Assembly: GCA_965178125.1 (NCBI GenBank)
Contig: OZ237744.1
Coordinates: 434,001-498,000 of the forward strand
Reading direction: 5' to 3'
From: Bilabrum cf. latius
Taxonomy: Eukaryota
Length of the DNA stretch: 64,000 nucleotides
The notes beneath the pieces are model-generated. The model was not told the DNA's origin and did no database searches. It was given only the letters and a program-made list of their open reading frames with translations. Shown piece after piece: positions 1-13,200 of the stretch (positions are counted from its first letter, which is position 1; every line of letters starts with the position of its first letter). Both the position numbers and the translations under genes were made by a program.

Positions 1-108
1 GAGGTTCGATCGGTTGCTGGGTCAGGAGGGGTGCGCTCGCCCAAACCGCCGGAGCGAAAGATAGAGGATCCCTTAGAGAAGACAAGGCGGATGGCTACGC
101 CGTACTGA
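1..108 (+). CDS. Possible 3' end of an upstream gene (partial)
   Basis: Frame 1 is open from the window edge (EVRSVAGSGGVRSPKPPERKIEDPLEKTRRMATPY) to TGA at 106-108, followed by AT-rich sequence. No homology recognised. Confidence 0.3.
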   Translation, partial: EVRSVAGSGGVRSPKPPERKIEDPLEKTRRMATPY

Positions 109-246
109 ATTTGAAGCAAATTGAATTTGTTTGTCTTTTGAATTGTGCTGCACATCATGATGCTCGTCACCGCAGACCGTCGCCGTGGCTTGCGCCATGA
201 TGACGCGTAGCACTCTAGTCGCACGATAGCCAAAACATAGCCAAAA

Positions 247-2384
247 ATGCGGATAGCATCGACCCTGATTGCAAGTCTGAGTGCCGTGTGCGCCTTCGCT
301 GCCTGTGGTAGCAAGCAGAGCGGGTAAGGAGAAGAGCGGGTATCATTATGCTTTCGGATCCATCCAATGTTCATACGCGCCTTGGCGTACCTAAACCAAA
401 CACCGCGGGATTTTGCAGTCCAACAGACAATCCTATTGCTACCATGTACGGAAATACTACCTTCCCATGGACGTCGAACGTGAGAAATACCTAGCAGTCC
501 TTTTGTATACACCCCTCCCCACCGTGCAGCCGCACCGAGAAATGTTGGCTCGGTACTCCCTCCCGAATTTGCATTGCAGATGGTCAATTTTTCGTGCGTT
601 TATAACATCAAGGACTACCAGGACGCCAACGATTAGTCGGATGACAGCGCCATTGCAAAAGCACTCAGCGACGCCTCCAAGAACTCGGGTGGTGGCGTTG
701 TCTACCTTCCAGCCGGCAAGTACGAAGTATCTGACAACATTATGATGCCATCTAATGTAGTGGTAAGTTTGCATCGAAGTGTTGGCAACGGATACGCGTG
801 GATTCCTAGCTGTCACAGCTATTGGTTTACGCATCGGCATTGACGGCAGAAACGGCACGTAAGGCTTTCTTTGATCATAACGTTTTGTTATCACCTGATG
901 CAGATTCGAGGAGAGCCGACTTCAGACCCAGCGAAGCACGGGACCAGTCCTGGCAAGCTGGATCCGAAGGCTACGATCGCTTGCCCAGACAGGAAGCACC
1001 TCGGCTTCTTGAACGCGGATCCCGGGGCCAAGAACATCGGGATCGTAAATCTGAACCTCGATGGGTGTGCCATCATGCTCTGGCCAGGCCTCAAATCGAG
1101 CGCGAAGCCCACACAGCTCAAGGACTACTGGTACGAGGCGACAGACGTGGAAGGCCTCGGCTCCAACAAGGTCGTGCTCGGCAACAAGGTCTCGAACGTG
1201 GTGTTCGGGTATCCCGATCCGGACACGACATCAGGCAACCAATGGCCGTGGCGATTCAGCACCGCCATCGCCGTGTACACGCAGCTCAACTCGCTCGTCG
1301 CCAACAACCTGGTGCCGGAGGCGAGCAGTAGCGCCAAGGTCACCGTCTCGTTCAGCGGCACCGAGTTCAAGAACATCGAGTTCCCGTATGATAACAGGTA
1401 CGGCATTGATGCCGGAAGACGTGAGGGGAGACGGAGTTGCTGACCTGTCGAATTGATTCGCGCGGCCCGAAGGATACTCCGCTTGCTCGAGTCACGGTCG
1501 CTGCCTGCTGCCAACCGGCTCTCCTTTCTACCTCGCCATCATGTATTTTCCGGCGCAGTGCTGCTCGGTGGGGCCATCGGCCACTACGAGGTGAGCCATG
1601 TATGGAGGATAGCCTCCACGGTCCAATCAGTCTCTGCAATAGGCTGATTGCATGGGCCCTCGTAGCGAGCAACTGCCAGTGTGATTGTTCCCATCACTAT
1701 GCATCATTTTGAATTGTTCTCACCCTTCGCTCCGCATTTATTCCGTTGCTGATCCTGCAGGGCACCAAGTGCAAAAAGGTCTCCTCGAACGCGAACCTGA
1801 CGCCTGACTGCGCCAAGTGGTTCTTCCCCATCGGCGTGTCTGTCCGCGACAACTTCGTGTACATGAATGGGCGCGTGGGCATCCAGTGGGCGGGCGGCTG
1901 CGCCTCAAAGTTGGAGGGTGGAGAGCAGCCCGGCTGCGGTACGCAGGTCTACAACAACCACGTCGAAGTAAAGAAGGACAGCATGTGCTACTCTGTTGAC
2001 GGCAAGAACCTGGCAAAGGGGTCTGCGACCAACGAGAACAGGGGTTACGATCAGGGCGGGTACGGTTCCAATGTCACGGCCAACACGGGCCGCATCAACC
2101 GGCAAAAGGTGCAGGGCGGGTACTTGACCACCGACGGCGAGGGCGTGCTTCACCAGGCCAGCAGCAACTCTGACATGATGTACACGCTCTGGAACGAGAA
2201 CAACCTGGAGGGCGGCTCATCCGGCTACATGCTCGCATACAAGCTGCAAGACCCTTCCCATAACGTGATCACGAGCAACCAGGTCATCTCGAGTGAGAAC
2301 ATTGGCTGCCTGGCCGGGAACGGCGGCAACTGCGGGAAAGAGAACGAGTGCAAGGACAATCATCCCAAGTGCGTCGGGTTCTGA
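247..2384 (+). CDS. Secreted pectin-lyase-fold (right-handed beta-helix) carbohydrate-active protein, 6 exons
   Basis: Phase-consistent exons 247-323, 419-479, 580-762, 904-1420, 1559-1590 and 1761-2384 with GT..CAG introns. Signal peptide MRIASTLIASLSAVCAFAA. Pectate_lyase_3-like N-terminus (VYNIKDY..DDSAIAKAL..GGGVVYLPAGKYEV). One in-frame TAG at 634-636; ends TGA. Confidence 0.75.
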
Positions 2385-2693
2385 GCAGCTCACGAGCTAG
2401 CTCGCGGGGGACCGCATGTGTCGTCTTTCCCTCCTCCATCAAGTTCTTCCCACCGCTGCCGCCGATGTGCACTTGCATTACTTGCGTTGGAAATGGGGCA
2501 GTCTTGGCACATGCATTGGGGCACACAATCTGTGGCCTTGCATGATGCGAATTCCCCCTTCGCCGGCGTGTACTGAATTCGAATTCAATTTTGTATGCAT
2601 TCATATTCGGGGCTTGTATTCTCGTGATGATTTCCACCCCAGCGCCACACTATTGCATATCGATCGGAGCGACTCGGAGGCATATTTGGTGGA

Positions 2694-5600
2694 ATGCGAA
2701 GAGTCCACACGAAGATCAGCAATATGTTGTCAGTTGCGGCAGCGATACTGTTGTTACTGCATACAGTTGATGCAAATAGCGGTCCGCCGCCTATGCCAAA
2801 TTCGACGTGTGATGTCCCGGAAGGCAGTCCACCGATTGACTGGCACGCGAATGTGGAGCGAAAGATGCTGCTCTTCTCAGATGATGACGGTTCCATCAAG
2901 TCCGATGCACGCCCAGCTATTGGAAACGGATTCTTTGCAACATAGGTGAGGCGCGCCAGTTTAACGCGTTGGTGAGGCCACTAGCTCAACGCGTGGACAA
3001 TGCTTATCCTACAATTTCTACTCTGCTCATGCTCGCAGGTCTCGAGCGGAGACTTGTTCGTGTCTGGGCTGTTCAATGGGTACCTGACCAAAGATCCCAG
3101 CCATCATGCCAGACTGCCTTCGTTCGCGAACATAATGGTCGTGGGCGGATCGTTCGACAAGGCCGGCCGCTCCGGAGCTGCCTTGAACCTGCAGAATGCA
3201 TCCTACATGCGGCGCATGGTGATTCCATTCGACGAGGCGTGCTCACCTGGCTCTAAGCAGAGTTGCACGGGAACTGAAAAGGACGGGGTTGTCGTAGAGC
3301 AGAGGTGGTACGCCCATCGAACCCGGCCGTCGCTTTTGGTGCATGAAATCGAAGCCCTGGCTCCATCAACGTCGGTAAACCCGTCGCAACCACCGAGACA
3401 AGCCCAGGCCACGGCAGCCCGTGCCCCCTTTGCCGTTATAGTCGCCCGACGTATCCCGTCTCCGCCTTCCTCCGACGTGGATCTACAGGAGATGACCCCT
3501 CCGGCGGGTCTCGCGCTCCAGCTGCAGGGAGGACAGAACCTTGTACCAGAGACCAACAGCACGCCGCACACTTCCGCTGTTCTCTTCTACGACGATCTTC
3601 CAGGTGTGATTGAGGTTTCACAGGCTCCGGGTGACTACGGAAATGCCTTCACTACAGTCCTTGCCGGCGTGCGCACGTCGCTGGAGACCAACGGCAGTGT
3701 GCCTGACATTGCCGAGGCTCTCCTGCAAGACAGAAAGAATGCAGTTCAGGCACAGAAGGAAAAAGGTATTGGGACCTTGCGAGCGGAGCACGAGGCGGCG
3801 TGGGCTTAGCTCTGGCAGTCCGGTCTGGAGGTCAGTGGACGCACCGACGTGGATGCAGCTGCTCGGCAGAGCCTCTACTCTCTCCTCTCTTCGGCAAGGT
3901 CCGACCGTGCGTACGGCCTGTCTCCGGGTGGCCTGAGCACGGACGGCTACCATGCACACGTGAGAATGTATCGCTCTACTTTGTTGAACCCAGCAATGTT
4001 GTGTGCTAGATCCGGCGCCTGCATGCTAAGCACATGGCACATGCAACTGTGCCTATGTCTTTCTCTGGTATTCGGCGTGTGTGCTGTAACCACCTTACAT
4101 TCATCCGTACATATCTTGTTGTCGCAGACCTTTTGGGACCAGGAGACCTGGATGTATCCAACGCTGGCGCTTCTCCAGCCCGAAATTGCTGCGAGCCTGC
4201 TGCAGTACCGCAGGGCCAGGCTGCAAGGAGCCTACGAGAAGGCGAGGACCTACCAGAACGGGTCGTTTCCCGGGTACTACGGGGCGATGTTTCCATGGGA
4301 AAGCGGCTTCACAGGTGTCGAGGTTTGCCCCTCGTGGGCTAGAACTGGCCACAAGGAGATCCACATCACTGGCGACATTGCCCTGGCTGTGTGGCAATAT
4401 CACAGGCTGACCAACGGCACAGAACAGTAGTGGCTGGAGGATGTTGCCTGGCCCATTTTGAATGGAACGGCGTCCTTCTGGGTGTCTCGCGCATCTTCTA
4501 AGCCATCCTCCTCCTCGTCACCATCCGTGCAGCTGGATGGTATGCCTGTGCGAGGGCCCGGTGCGGGCCGAGACTTGGATGCGTTTCTCGCCGGAGAGGG
4601 AGTGGAGGCAGACGCAGCTTCATCTGCGGATAACTCAGGACCGCTCCACATAAACGGTGTCATTCCTCCAGATGAGTTCCATTTAGGCGACGACAGTGTG
4701 TACACGAACGCGGTGGCGCGCCTGAACCTCCGTTTCGCGGTCAGTGCAGCTGAGGCCTTGGGCCACGGGAACGAGCCGCTTGTCGCCACCTGGCGAGACG
4801 CGGAGCCAAGGATCGTGATGCTATTCAACGAATCGAGCAAGGTGCATCCCGAATTTGCGCAATACAAAGGGGATTAGATCAAGCAAGCCGACGTTATTCT
4901 GCTCGGGTATCCGCTCGGCCTCGCCACCGAACCATTTGGAAACGTCACGGCAGAGAGTAGACAGGCGGACCTCAGCTACTACGACCCCAGGACGAGTCCA
5001 AAAGGGCCTGCGATGACCTGGGGTATGGTCGCCCTCGCGCAGGTGGAGCTTGGCATGATTCAGGAGGCAGAGTACAACCTGAACAGGAGTTTCTAGCTCA
5101 ACACGCGAGCTCCATTCTGCACGTGGACGGAGACGCCTTCAGGAGGCTGCCCCGATTTCCTTACCGGCGCAGGCGGGTTTCTGCAAGGGGTGACCTTTGG
5201 GTACCCACGGCTTCGAATCGCGGATGGCCACCTCGAGCTCAGGCCGGTGCTGCTCCCCGGCTCTGACAAGATGGTCATTCGCGGCGCGCACTACCTTGGG
5301 AGCGTACTTGATCTGACTGTTGCGAGGAGTGGCAGTGAGACCCAACTGCAGGTCGGTGTGCGGGCAACACCAACGCTCGTGCCTGTCCGAGCGAGTCATC
5401 CGCGTGCATCGGATAGTCTTCTGGCAGCTTCTAGTTCAGACGAGGTTGTGGCCAATAAGGCTGGGTCTGACGTGTCAGTGGCGCGTGCTAGGGCAGCATG
5501 TGGACTCCATTCTGGGCAGAGGCTCGATGATCTGGACGACGGTCTGCTCAGGTGCGTAGGAGCTGCTGCATCAGGTAGCCGCAGTCTGGCGGCGCAGCCC

Positions 5601-5732
5601 GTGGCGCAGCTGTGCGTGGTAGACTCGCGGGGCCAGATTCATCCCTTAACCGCTGGAGGGCCATCAGTCAGCGTAGAATGCCCGCCGCCCACCGCCGACG
5701 CGCCAGCGATACTGATCCAAGCTTGTCAATGA
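2694..5732 (+). CDS. Glycoside hydrolase family 65 (PGGHG / acid trehalase-like), 3 exons
   Basis: Exons 2694-2945, 3039-3959 and 4128-5732. Signal peptide. GH65 motifs IGNGFFAT, GLSPGGLS..YHAHTFWDQETWMYP, GAMFPWES, EIHITGDIA, VIPPDEFH, IKQADVILLGYP, GPAMTW, FLTGAGGFLQ. In-frame TAGs at 2943, 3807, 4428, 4875 and 5094; ends TGA. Confidence 0.9.
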
Positions 5733-5866
5733 AAGCAAAAGATACCTTCGCAAACGTGCCGCTTTTGTGGAAGTCGGCGATTCGTGGACCGTGTGGGGCT
5801 ATTGAAGTCACGTGCATGAAGGTTGCATAAAATTTTGAGTTACTTGTGTTTGAGTAGACTCACTGG

Positions 5867-8800
5867 TCACCCTTGGACATCTTCGCCGGGTTGGCCGACA
5901 CTGGCGGTTTCCACCATCTCTTGTGACCGCTCTTGCACGTCACCTTGCCGCCCGAAGCCTTCATCTTCAGCGACGGCTTGAGGCACGTTTGCACCGGCAG
6001 CGGCCGGCCTCTGCGGGCTCAAGCCACTCACAGCGGGGGCAGACCCCCAAGCTGCGCGCTATCCTCCACTGCGACTACCAGCCTAGTGGTTCATGCTGCT
6101 GTGCGGAGCCCTGCCCTGCCGGCGCTGGTGATCAGCAGGCCTCAGTGAACCAGACAGTGGCCCGCCAAACTGCGCAGTGCTGCGGTCGCCTCCCGAGGCA
6201 AGGCTGGCGGGGAGCGGGGGGACTCCCCTGCTGCTGCCCGCATTCGACCCCGAGCTCGGCGTGGCAGTACTGGCAGTGCCACGCGCCAAGCCTGCAAGCG
6301 GTGTTCCAATACGGACAGGGGAACCGACCGCCCAGTCCACATCACCGAGCGGAGTCTCCGGGTTGACCTGCAGTCCTTCCTTCCCGTCGTTATCAGATGC
6401 ATCACCGTCAGAATCACTTCGTGAGTCCTTGCCTTGCCGTGGCGATGAGGGCTGGGTGACCGGAGCAGGCATCCGCTGCTGCTTCCCGCGCCTGTTCCTT
6501 TTTGAAGGGTGGAACTCTGAGCAGAGGAACTCGATGTACTCCATGGCAGCGTCAACAGTAGGCCACTCCGTCAGTGGCACCCAGTGGTGGGAACCTGGCG
6601 GTAGCTGGGAGGAGGCAATGCCTTGACCAAACATGACCGAGCTGCTGGGCCTTGTGGACGAGCCAGGAGCACCAGAGGACTGGTCAGTGGGCCTCATGGC
6701 ATCCCGAGTTCGTGCTACACTGGCTTCCATACCGTCCGTGTCGTCACCATCGTCGTCGCTGATGCTACCTTCGTGCTGACCCGCGTCCTCTGAAGCAACC
6801 CACACGGAGTGCCCGCGCTCCGCGAGGTGGTCCAGCAGGTTCTCGGGCATGTCGACCGCAGCCACCGTCGTGCGCGATTGCAGAAGCTGGTCCAGAGCAG
6901 CAGCCACGAGCTCCGAGGCGCTGAAATCAATGCTAGAAATGTCGCTGCAGTCCAGAATCAGGTACCGCCTGCCACCTTGCATGCTCGCAGAGGAGTGGCT
7001 TGCGGGTGATGGAGACTCGGCACCTGTCCGGGTTCCGCCTCTTCGACGCTTCCTTTTCTTTATGTGAGTCGAGTCGAAGGAGTGCTCCACTGAGCCTGCT
7101 GCCTTGCCAGCATTTCCAAAAAACAAGGTGCCCTTTAGGGCCACGCTGCGGATGCGACGAACCACAGAGCTCGAGATGCCGGCAGCCCGAGCCCGAGCCC
7201 TCACAGCCTGCTCCACATGGGTGAGACGGCTGGCGACGTCTTGGCTAGCGGCCTGGAAGATGAAAGCAGCGCATGCCATTGCAATGCCGATAAGAATGCC
7301 CTATTCGAAGCCCAGAATGAGCATCGACAGGGCAATAACCCACACCACAATTCGCTCGGGCCAACTGAGGGTGTTCCATGGAGCGACAAATCCCTCGTAC
7401 ACCAGCTCGCCGCCGATATGGAGCAACAGGCAGCCTGCCAGCGGACGCGGCACCACGTCGGTGAGCGAACTGCCCAGCCAGATTCCGACGATGCTAGCAA
7501 CAGTTATCATAAGTCCTGCCCAGCGCTGTAGCCACATTCGAGGATTCCCAGCGCGCGCGCACTGCGATATAACCAGATCGCAGGCCACGAAGGAACCACA
7601 TCCGCGGGCCTTGCCGGGTTGATCTTGGGACGAGCTGTTTCGTTCTAGTGAGCTCGCACTGCCGGATGTCATAACTGTATCATCCATGTTAGATCTCCCA
7701 GTCGTGCCTGTCATCACGCTCACGCTGCCATCGTGCAACAGTGACTCGTCCAGCGATTGCCCTAGTCGAGCCGAGCGGCTGCGTCTACCCGCACCGCAGC
7801 ATGTGCACCACGCGCAGCAATCGCACCCATCTTCCCACGCAGTCTGCAACTGCTTCGCACCACCACGCCCAACGGAATCTCCGTCCTCCCATGCGCTGCT
7901 GGAGAGCCCTTTGATCCGCTCGACGACGCTATCCCGGTCAACCCTCTCGTTCCCGTCGTAAGCAAGGGCAGTTGCCGGGTCCATGTGGGAGCCACCCCTC
8001 GCCATGCGCGGGGTGCCCAGCCCTAGGTCCAGAGACACGACGGAAGACATAGTGCCTGTACGGTTCCTGCCCCGGCGCTGCCTCACGTAGGGCGATTCGC
8101 CAGCAACAGCAGCCGCACCACCGGTACCGTACATGCTCCCACCTCCGTCCACGAGGTAACTTGCACCGCGCGTAGTATTACCGTGCTTTCTGGCCATATT
8201 TGGGCTGCCAGCAGCATAGCCGGACCCCACAGCAACACCAGACGAAGCTGCATTCAAGTCAGGTGTGCGCATCGACTGTAGAAGCTCCTCAGGATTGATT
8301 TCATTGTGGTCAGCCTGCTGATACCCGCCCGCGCCCTAGCCCCCGTCCAGCTCGCCGACTCCAGTCGACGGCGGTGGCGTCAGGAGCTTGCCACCGCCAT
8401 CAGCATCGCCAGTCTTGCCAGCACCACGCATGGCTAGCCCACGGGACAGCTTCTATTTGACGATACCGATCGTCTCTGCCCCGCTACCCTTTCCTCCGTG
8501 CTCTCGCAAGATGTCAGGGAAGCCCTCCCCACCCCCGCACTTGTAGAACAAGGCGCTATTCGAGTAGCACAAGTAGTTTTGCACCCCACCCACTGCACCA
8601 GACAGGAGATTTGACCACCCGTGAGCCAAGAGCTCCTTGTTGATGTCGCATTTCTGGCCCGACGTGAGGCTCAGACTCGGGACGTTGATCGGCACATGCG
8701 CGAGCGAGAACACGACCAGGCCGATGAGAACGTGGGTGGAGCCCCAAATGGCACCCCAGCGCACGTTAGTGAAATCGAAGAGCCGCCACAAATCCAAGGG

Positions 8801-9791
8801 GTCGTAAGCAGGCCGCTCTCCGCCTGAAGCAGCTGTCGTGTCATTGAACGGCGTACCCCCTAAGGTCCAGCCAGCGTCGGAAGCCTCGCTCAGGCCCACC
8901 CCAGACACCAAGACAACAGGAAAGAACAAGGCCGGGATGGCGATAAAGTATAAGGGCGCCAGAAGGGGAGACTGTATATACTGGGCGAGGACTCGCAGGA
9001 ATATGGCCAGTCCCACGGCCACCGCTGTCAGGGGGAGGCAGGGCATCGTGAAGAACCGACGGATGGTGCTCCACTCGAGCTTCCACTCGACCGCGCTTGC
9101 TACCTGCAGCCCACTCGTGAGGAGAAACACACCGATCCCTGCGACGGCCCCGATCAAGAGAGGCTTTGGGATGTAGTTAACCACATGGCCGAGTCTGAAG
9201 AGGCCGAGCAGCAGGAACGCCAGGCCCACGAGTACCGTCGCCAGGGATTGGGCTACCAGAATGGTGGGAAACGCCTCCGCGGGGTCATCTGTGCCCATCT
9301 GCTGCAGCACCGAGGTGGCCAAGGCGCCCAGGAAGGGCACATTCTCTATCATCATCGCTGCCGTCGACGATCTGAAATCTGAGGTTAGCGAATGTACTAC
9401 TTGGCCTATACCAGTGCTCAGAAACATAAGCTCAACTCCAATATTTTGATACTCGGGGTAACTTGCCGAAAAAGGCCACAGGATGACACCTGCGAATCGG
9501 CCAGCAAGGAGGCAGAATGCGATGAGGACAAGATCGCGCCTCTCCTATTCCAACTTCGGCGTACAGTCTGGGAGCAAAACACTCACCATATGGAAGACAA
9601 TCTAGTAGGATGGTCAAGAAGAGGATGATAAAAGCCGGGCATTCCTGAAGGACAGCCAGGAAGCACGAGCATCCGCAAGCAGCGCTCGGACCCTATCCCG
9701 CCGATCCAGTTTCGCCTGACCTGTCATGTAGTCTGACAAAATGTACAGCTAGATCTGCTTTCGAGTTCGCTGTTCGACGGTTTACTTCCAT
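5867..9791 (-). CDS. SulP/SLC26-family anion (sulfate) transporter with C-terminal STAS domain
   Basis: ORF pieces 8453-9427, 7301-8272 and 6083-7279 are in one frame and separated only by TAG. One intron at about 9491-9585. Multiple TM helices; DINKELLAHGWSNLLSG motif; STAS features LKGTLFFGNA and LILDCSDISSIDFSA. ATG at 9791, TGA at 5867. Confidence 0.85.
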
Positions 9792-10280
9792 CGCAGCTGT
9801 GCAGATTCAGGTTGCACCTTCGTAGTGGGTTGTTCCTGCGGCAAATTTGACCGACTAATGGTGGTCAGCAGCTCGAACTTTCCGAGTCTGCCGAGACGAG
9901 TACAATATGTTATCACTGTAGCAAATCAATTATGATAAAAATTAACTCGGTACTCTGCCAGGCCGCGAGAATCCACTGACGGACGGTTGTTCCTTTCAGC
10001 GCCGTGACGAGTGCGTCGAGATGGCCAAAGTAGTGAGCATGTTGGGCAGCATCCAGTCAGAAATTAAGAATTTCAGGGAATGAGCGATCAAGTACAACCA
10101 CGAGGCACTGGCTTGCTGCCATGTGCTCGCACAGGCATGGCAGGCACCGCACATGCATTCTTGGCGCGGGCATGACCGGCCCAACCCAGCAGCTGCAACT
10201 TAAGTGCTCCCGACTTCATTCGTCGCACAAAGATCCCACGCGCCCAGCCGCGCAACCACCAAACCAACCAAGCCAAGGTA

Positions 10281-13200
10281 TTAGTCTGCAAGGTTTCGCC
10301 CCGAGGCAGCCCTGCCTCCAGCAGCACCAGAGCTCCCATGACGCGCCGCACTCCGCACGCTCGCTCCCCTGGACCCTCCCCCTCCCCCTACCCCTACTAA
10401 TTGCTGCTCCCCTCGACCCCTGCCATTGGTAGGCGCAGCGGCAGCTGAACCTGCGCTACGCTTGCCTTGTCCAAAGATTGCGCTTCCTGGAGGCTGTGCA
10501 ACTGAGAGCATGCCGGTCCACACGAAATAAGCAATCAAAAGCCCGCCCAATCCAAGGCTGAGCAGCCAGAACATCAGGTAGCCATACTCAAACTAAAGCT
10601 CGGGCATTTTGACGAAGTTCATGCCGTACACGCCAGCGAGGATCTGTGCTGGAGCAGTCACAGTGGTCACGAACGTGAGCACGTAGCTGTTTCTCTCCCT
10701 CGCAAACGACTGGAGCTGCTAAAAGCCATCACTGAGCCTGCGAACGCCGGCGTTTATGCCCCTCAAGTCTCCCAACACGTTCTGCAAATCATCCCGCGCA
10801 TCCGCGAGCTCTGCCTGCATGCCCCTCCAGAAGTTCCTGGCCAAGCTCTGCACCAGCACGGCGTTGTCATTGCCCGGTCCATCCCCACCGAACCGTGCCA
10901 TGAGCCGCCCCCCGCCACTGCCATGGCTGGGTCCTGCCCACCCAACGTTGTCGAGGGCCTCATTTCCATACCGATGGCTTGCTGCAGCTGACACTGGCAC
11001 GCCGGGGATGGACCCTGCGTGCGTGGTTTGACCGTGCTGCACGTCGTGCCAACCGGCTGCGCCACGCTGCTCCAACTCGCCTTGATACCCCCCACCACCC
11101 TGAAGCGGATGCTGGGAACCCACGAAGCTTTGATTATCCGTATCGTCCCTGCCACCCGCACCAACCGGATGCAGTCTGGTGGTGGCTCGCCCTCCTTGAC
11201 TTGCAAGGCCCCGCATTATGACGGTACCCGCCCTAGTTCTCGGAGGGCTGCCACCTCGACGATGCCCCGACTGCGAGCCACCCAGCTAAATCGCCTGGGC
11301 TAGCTCCTCGAGATCACCGAAGAGGGGCTCCAGTTGCTCTGCGAAGGATGTGGATGTCTTGCCTAGCTGCAACAAGTGGGCTGATTGCGTGGATGTTGCC
11401 TAGGCGCCCGGCTTGGTCAGCTGATACTCCACCGCGGCTTCCCACTCCTTTAGCGTGTCACGCACAAGAAACGAGTGCTCCAGCACTTGATCCAATAGGT
11501 ACAGCGAGAGTTCCCTGACTCGCATCTCCAGAAATCCCGACATCACGCCCTTGCACGTCAGCTGCTCGGCAAGCTGCCTGAGCGGCCCAAATGCGGCGCA
11601 TAGGTCCTTTAGTTCCCCAGGTCCCATTTGCGACAGCTCCGCGCAGTACGGGCGTCGGCTGTCGTGAGAAACCGTACGCTCCCACCCATGGCCAAAGGCC
11701 TTATCGTACCCTTGCTGGAGCTCGTCGTCGCCTTGGGGCCGCAGTGTGAGCAGGGCAGTCTGCGGAATGCTGAAGATAGACAGCTGCTCGAAGAGTATCT
11801 CTACAGGGGCGGAATACAGGTCTGCTTCTCCGACTAGCTCCATCGTATTGGCAGCGGTAATTCCACTCAATGTGAAACCACGGGACCCGTGGGGCTCTGC
11901 CAGTGACCCGCTCGCTGCGGAGGCAGGCTGGCCTGCTTGCGGTGTAGATGCCAGCCCGGCCGACACGATTCGACGACTGCTCACTGCGCGGAGTCCTGCT
12001 GCCCCATGCTCCTACTAGGACTCGCTGCAACAGCCATTTAAGCCAGAGCACGAGCCGATACAGCCTGAGCAACAGCCTGACGCCTGCCAGCAGCAGCAGC
12101 CAGCGACTAAAGCTTGCGGGTCCACACCGTCCGCGCCGCGTCCTGATGGACCAGCAAAGGGCGAGCGCTCCGTTGGAAGCGAGGTGCAATGCAAAAGGAA
12201 ATGACCAACATGCGTAGGCGTGCTAGATGCTTGCTCTTCAGCAAGCCGATCCGACCCGAAACTTGCGTCCCATGCAGATGCTGCATCCACGGCGTCATTA
12301 CCGTGGGGCCCTTCTCCACCCACGGTGTGCGCTCGTTGCATATTGCTGACACCATCTGAATGTAAAAACTAGCCAGCCACACCCTAGCCGTTGGCATCAT
12401 ACGATCGCTGGGGCCCTCCGTGGGAGATGGATCTGTCCACGCCCGGGAGTGGCTAAGCCCCTACCTGGCCCACTACACCATGATCGTACCCTGGTCCGCC
12501 CTCGTGAAACGGCGGTTGCTCCCGAGTGCGATCTGGGAGCGAGAAAGCGGTCCGTATAGGTGGTGCCTATACATCACTCGGCCCGCCTATAAGCTTACGA
12601 GTCCCGCCGCTGGCAGACTCCATCTCGTCGTCGCTCGAGCTGGCGCCAGCGGGGTCATCCACGATGCTGTCCGCGCGCCGCAGGACATCCGGACCAACTG
12701 TCCCTAGTGCCCGAATTTCAAGCCTGGGACTTTCTGGCTGAGAGTTTGGACCTACAGGCTGAGACTCTGAGGCATTGCTGGCGCTTGGAGGCGGCTACGT
12801 CTCCGCTGCAGCTTCTGACGGTAGCCTCGCTTTGGAAGCTGCACCTGCCTGTACAGTCTGCGCTGCCTGCCGTCCGTGGTAACCTCGAGCAGTGCTTCCT
12901 GCGGGGTCATCTACGTTTCCCGGGTGCCCTTCCAGAACCATTCGATTGCTTGGATCATCAAGGTCAGGCGTGGTGGCTGGGGCAGAGGGTGGCATGGCGG
13001 GTATGACTCTATCTGGCCCCAGGTGGTGCTGGGCTAGACCAGGGCGCTGCCTGCGCGTGCCACACAGGTGCTCGGGACGCGTGAGAAGCCCTCGAGACAA
13101 GGGAACACACTCGTGCTTGGCTCTCTGAAACACAGCGGCATCTTTTAGTAGCTCAAGCGGGATGCCGCTCCAAGCAGCAAGAGCACGCAAGACGGCCGGG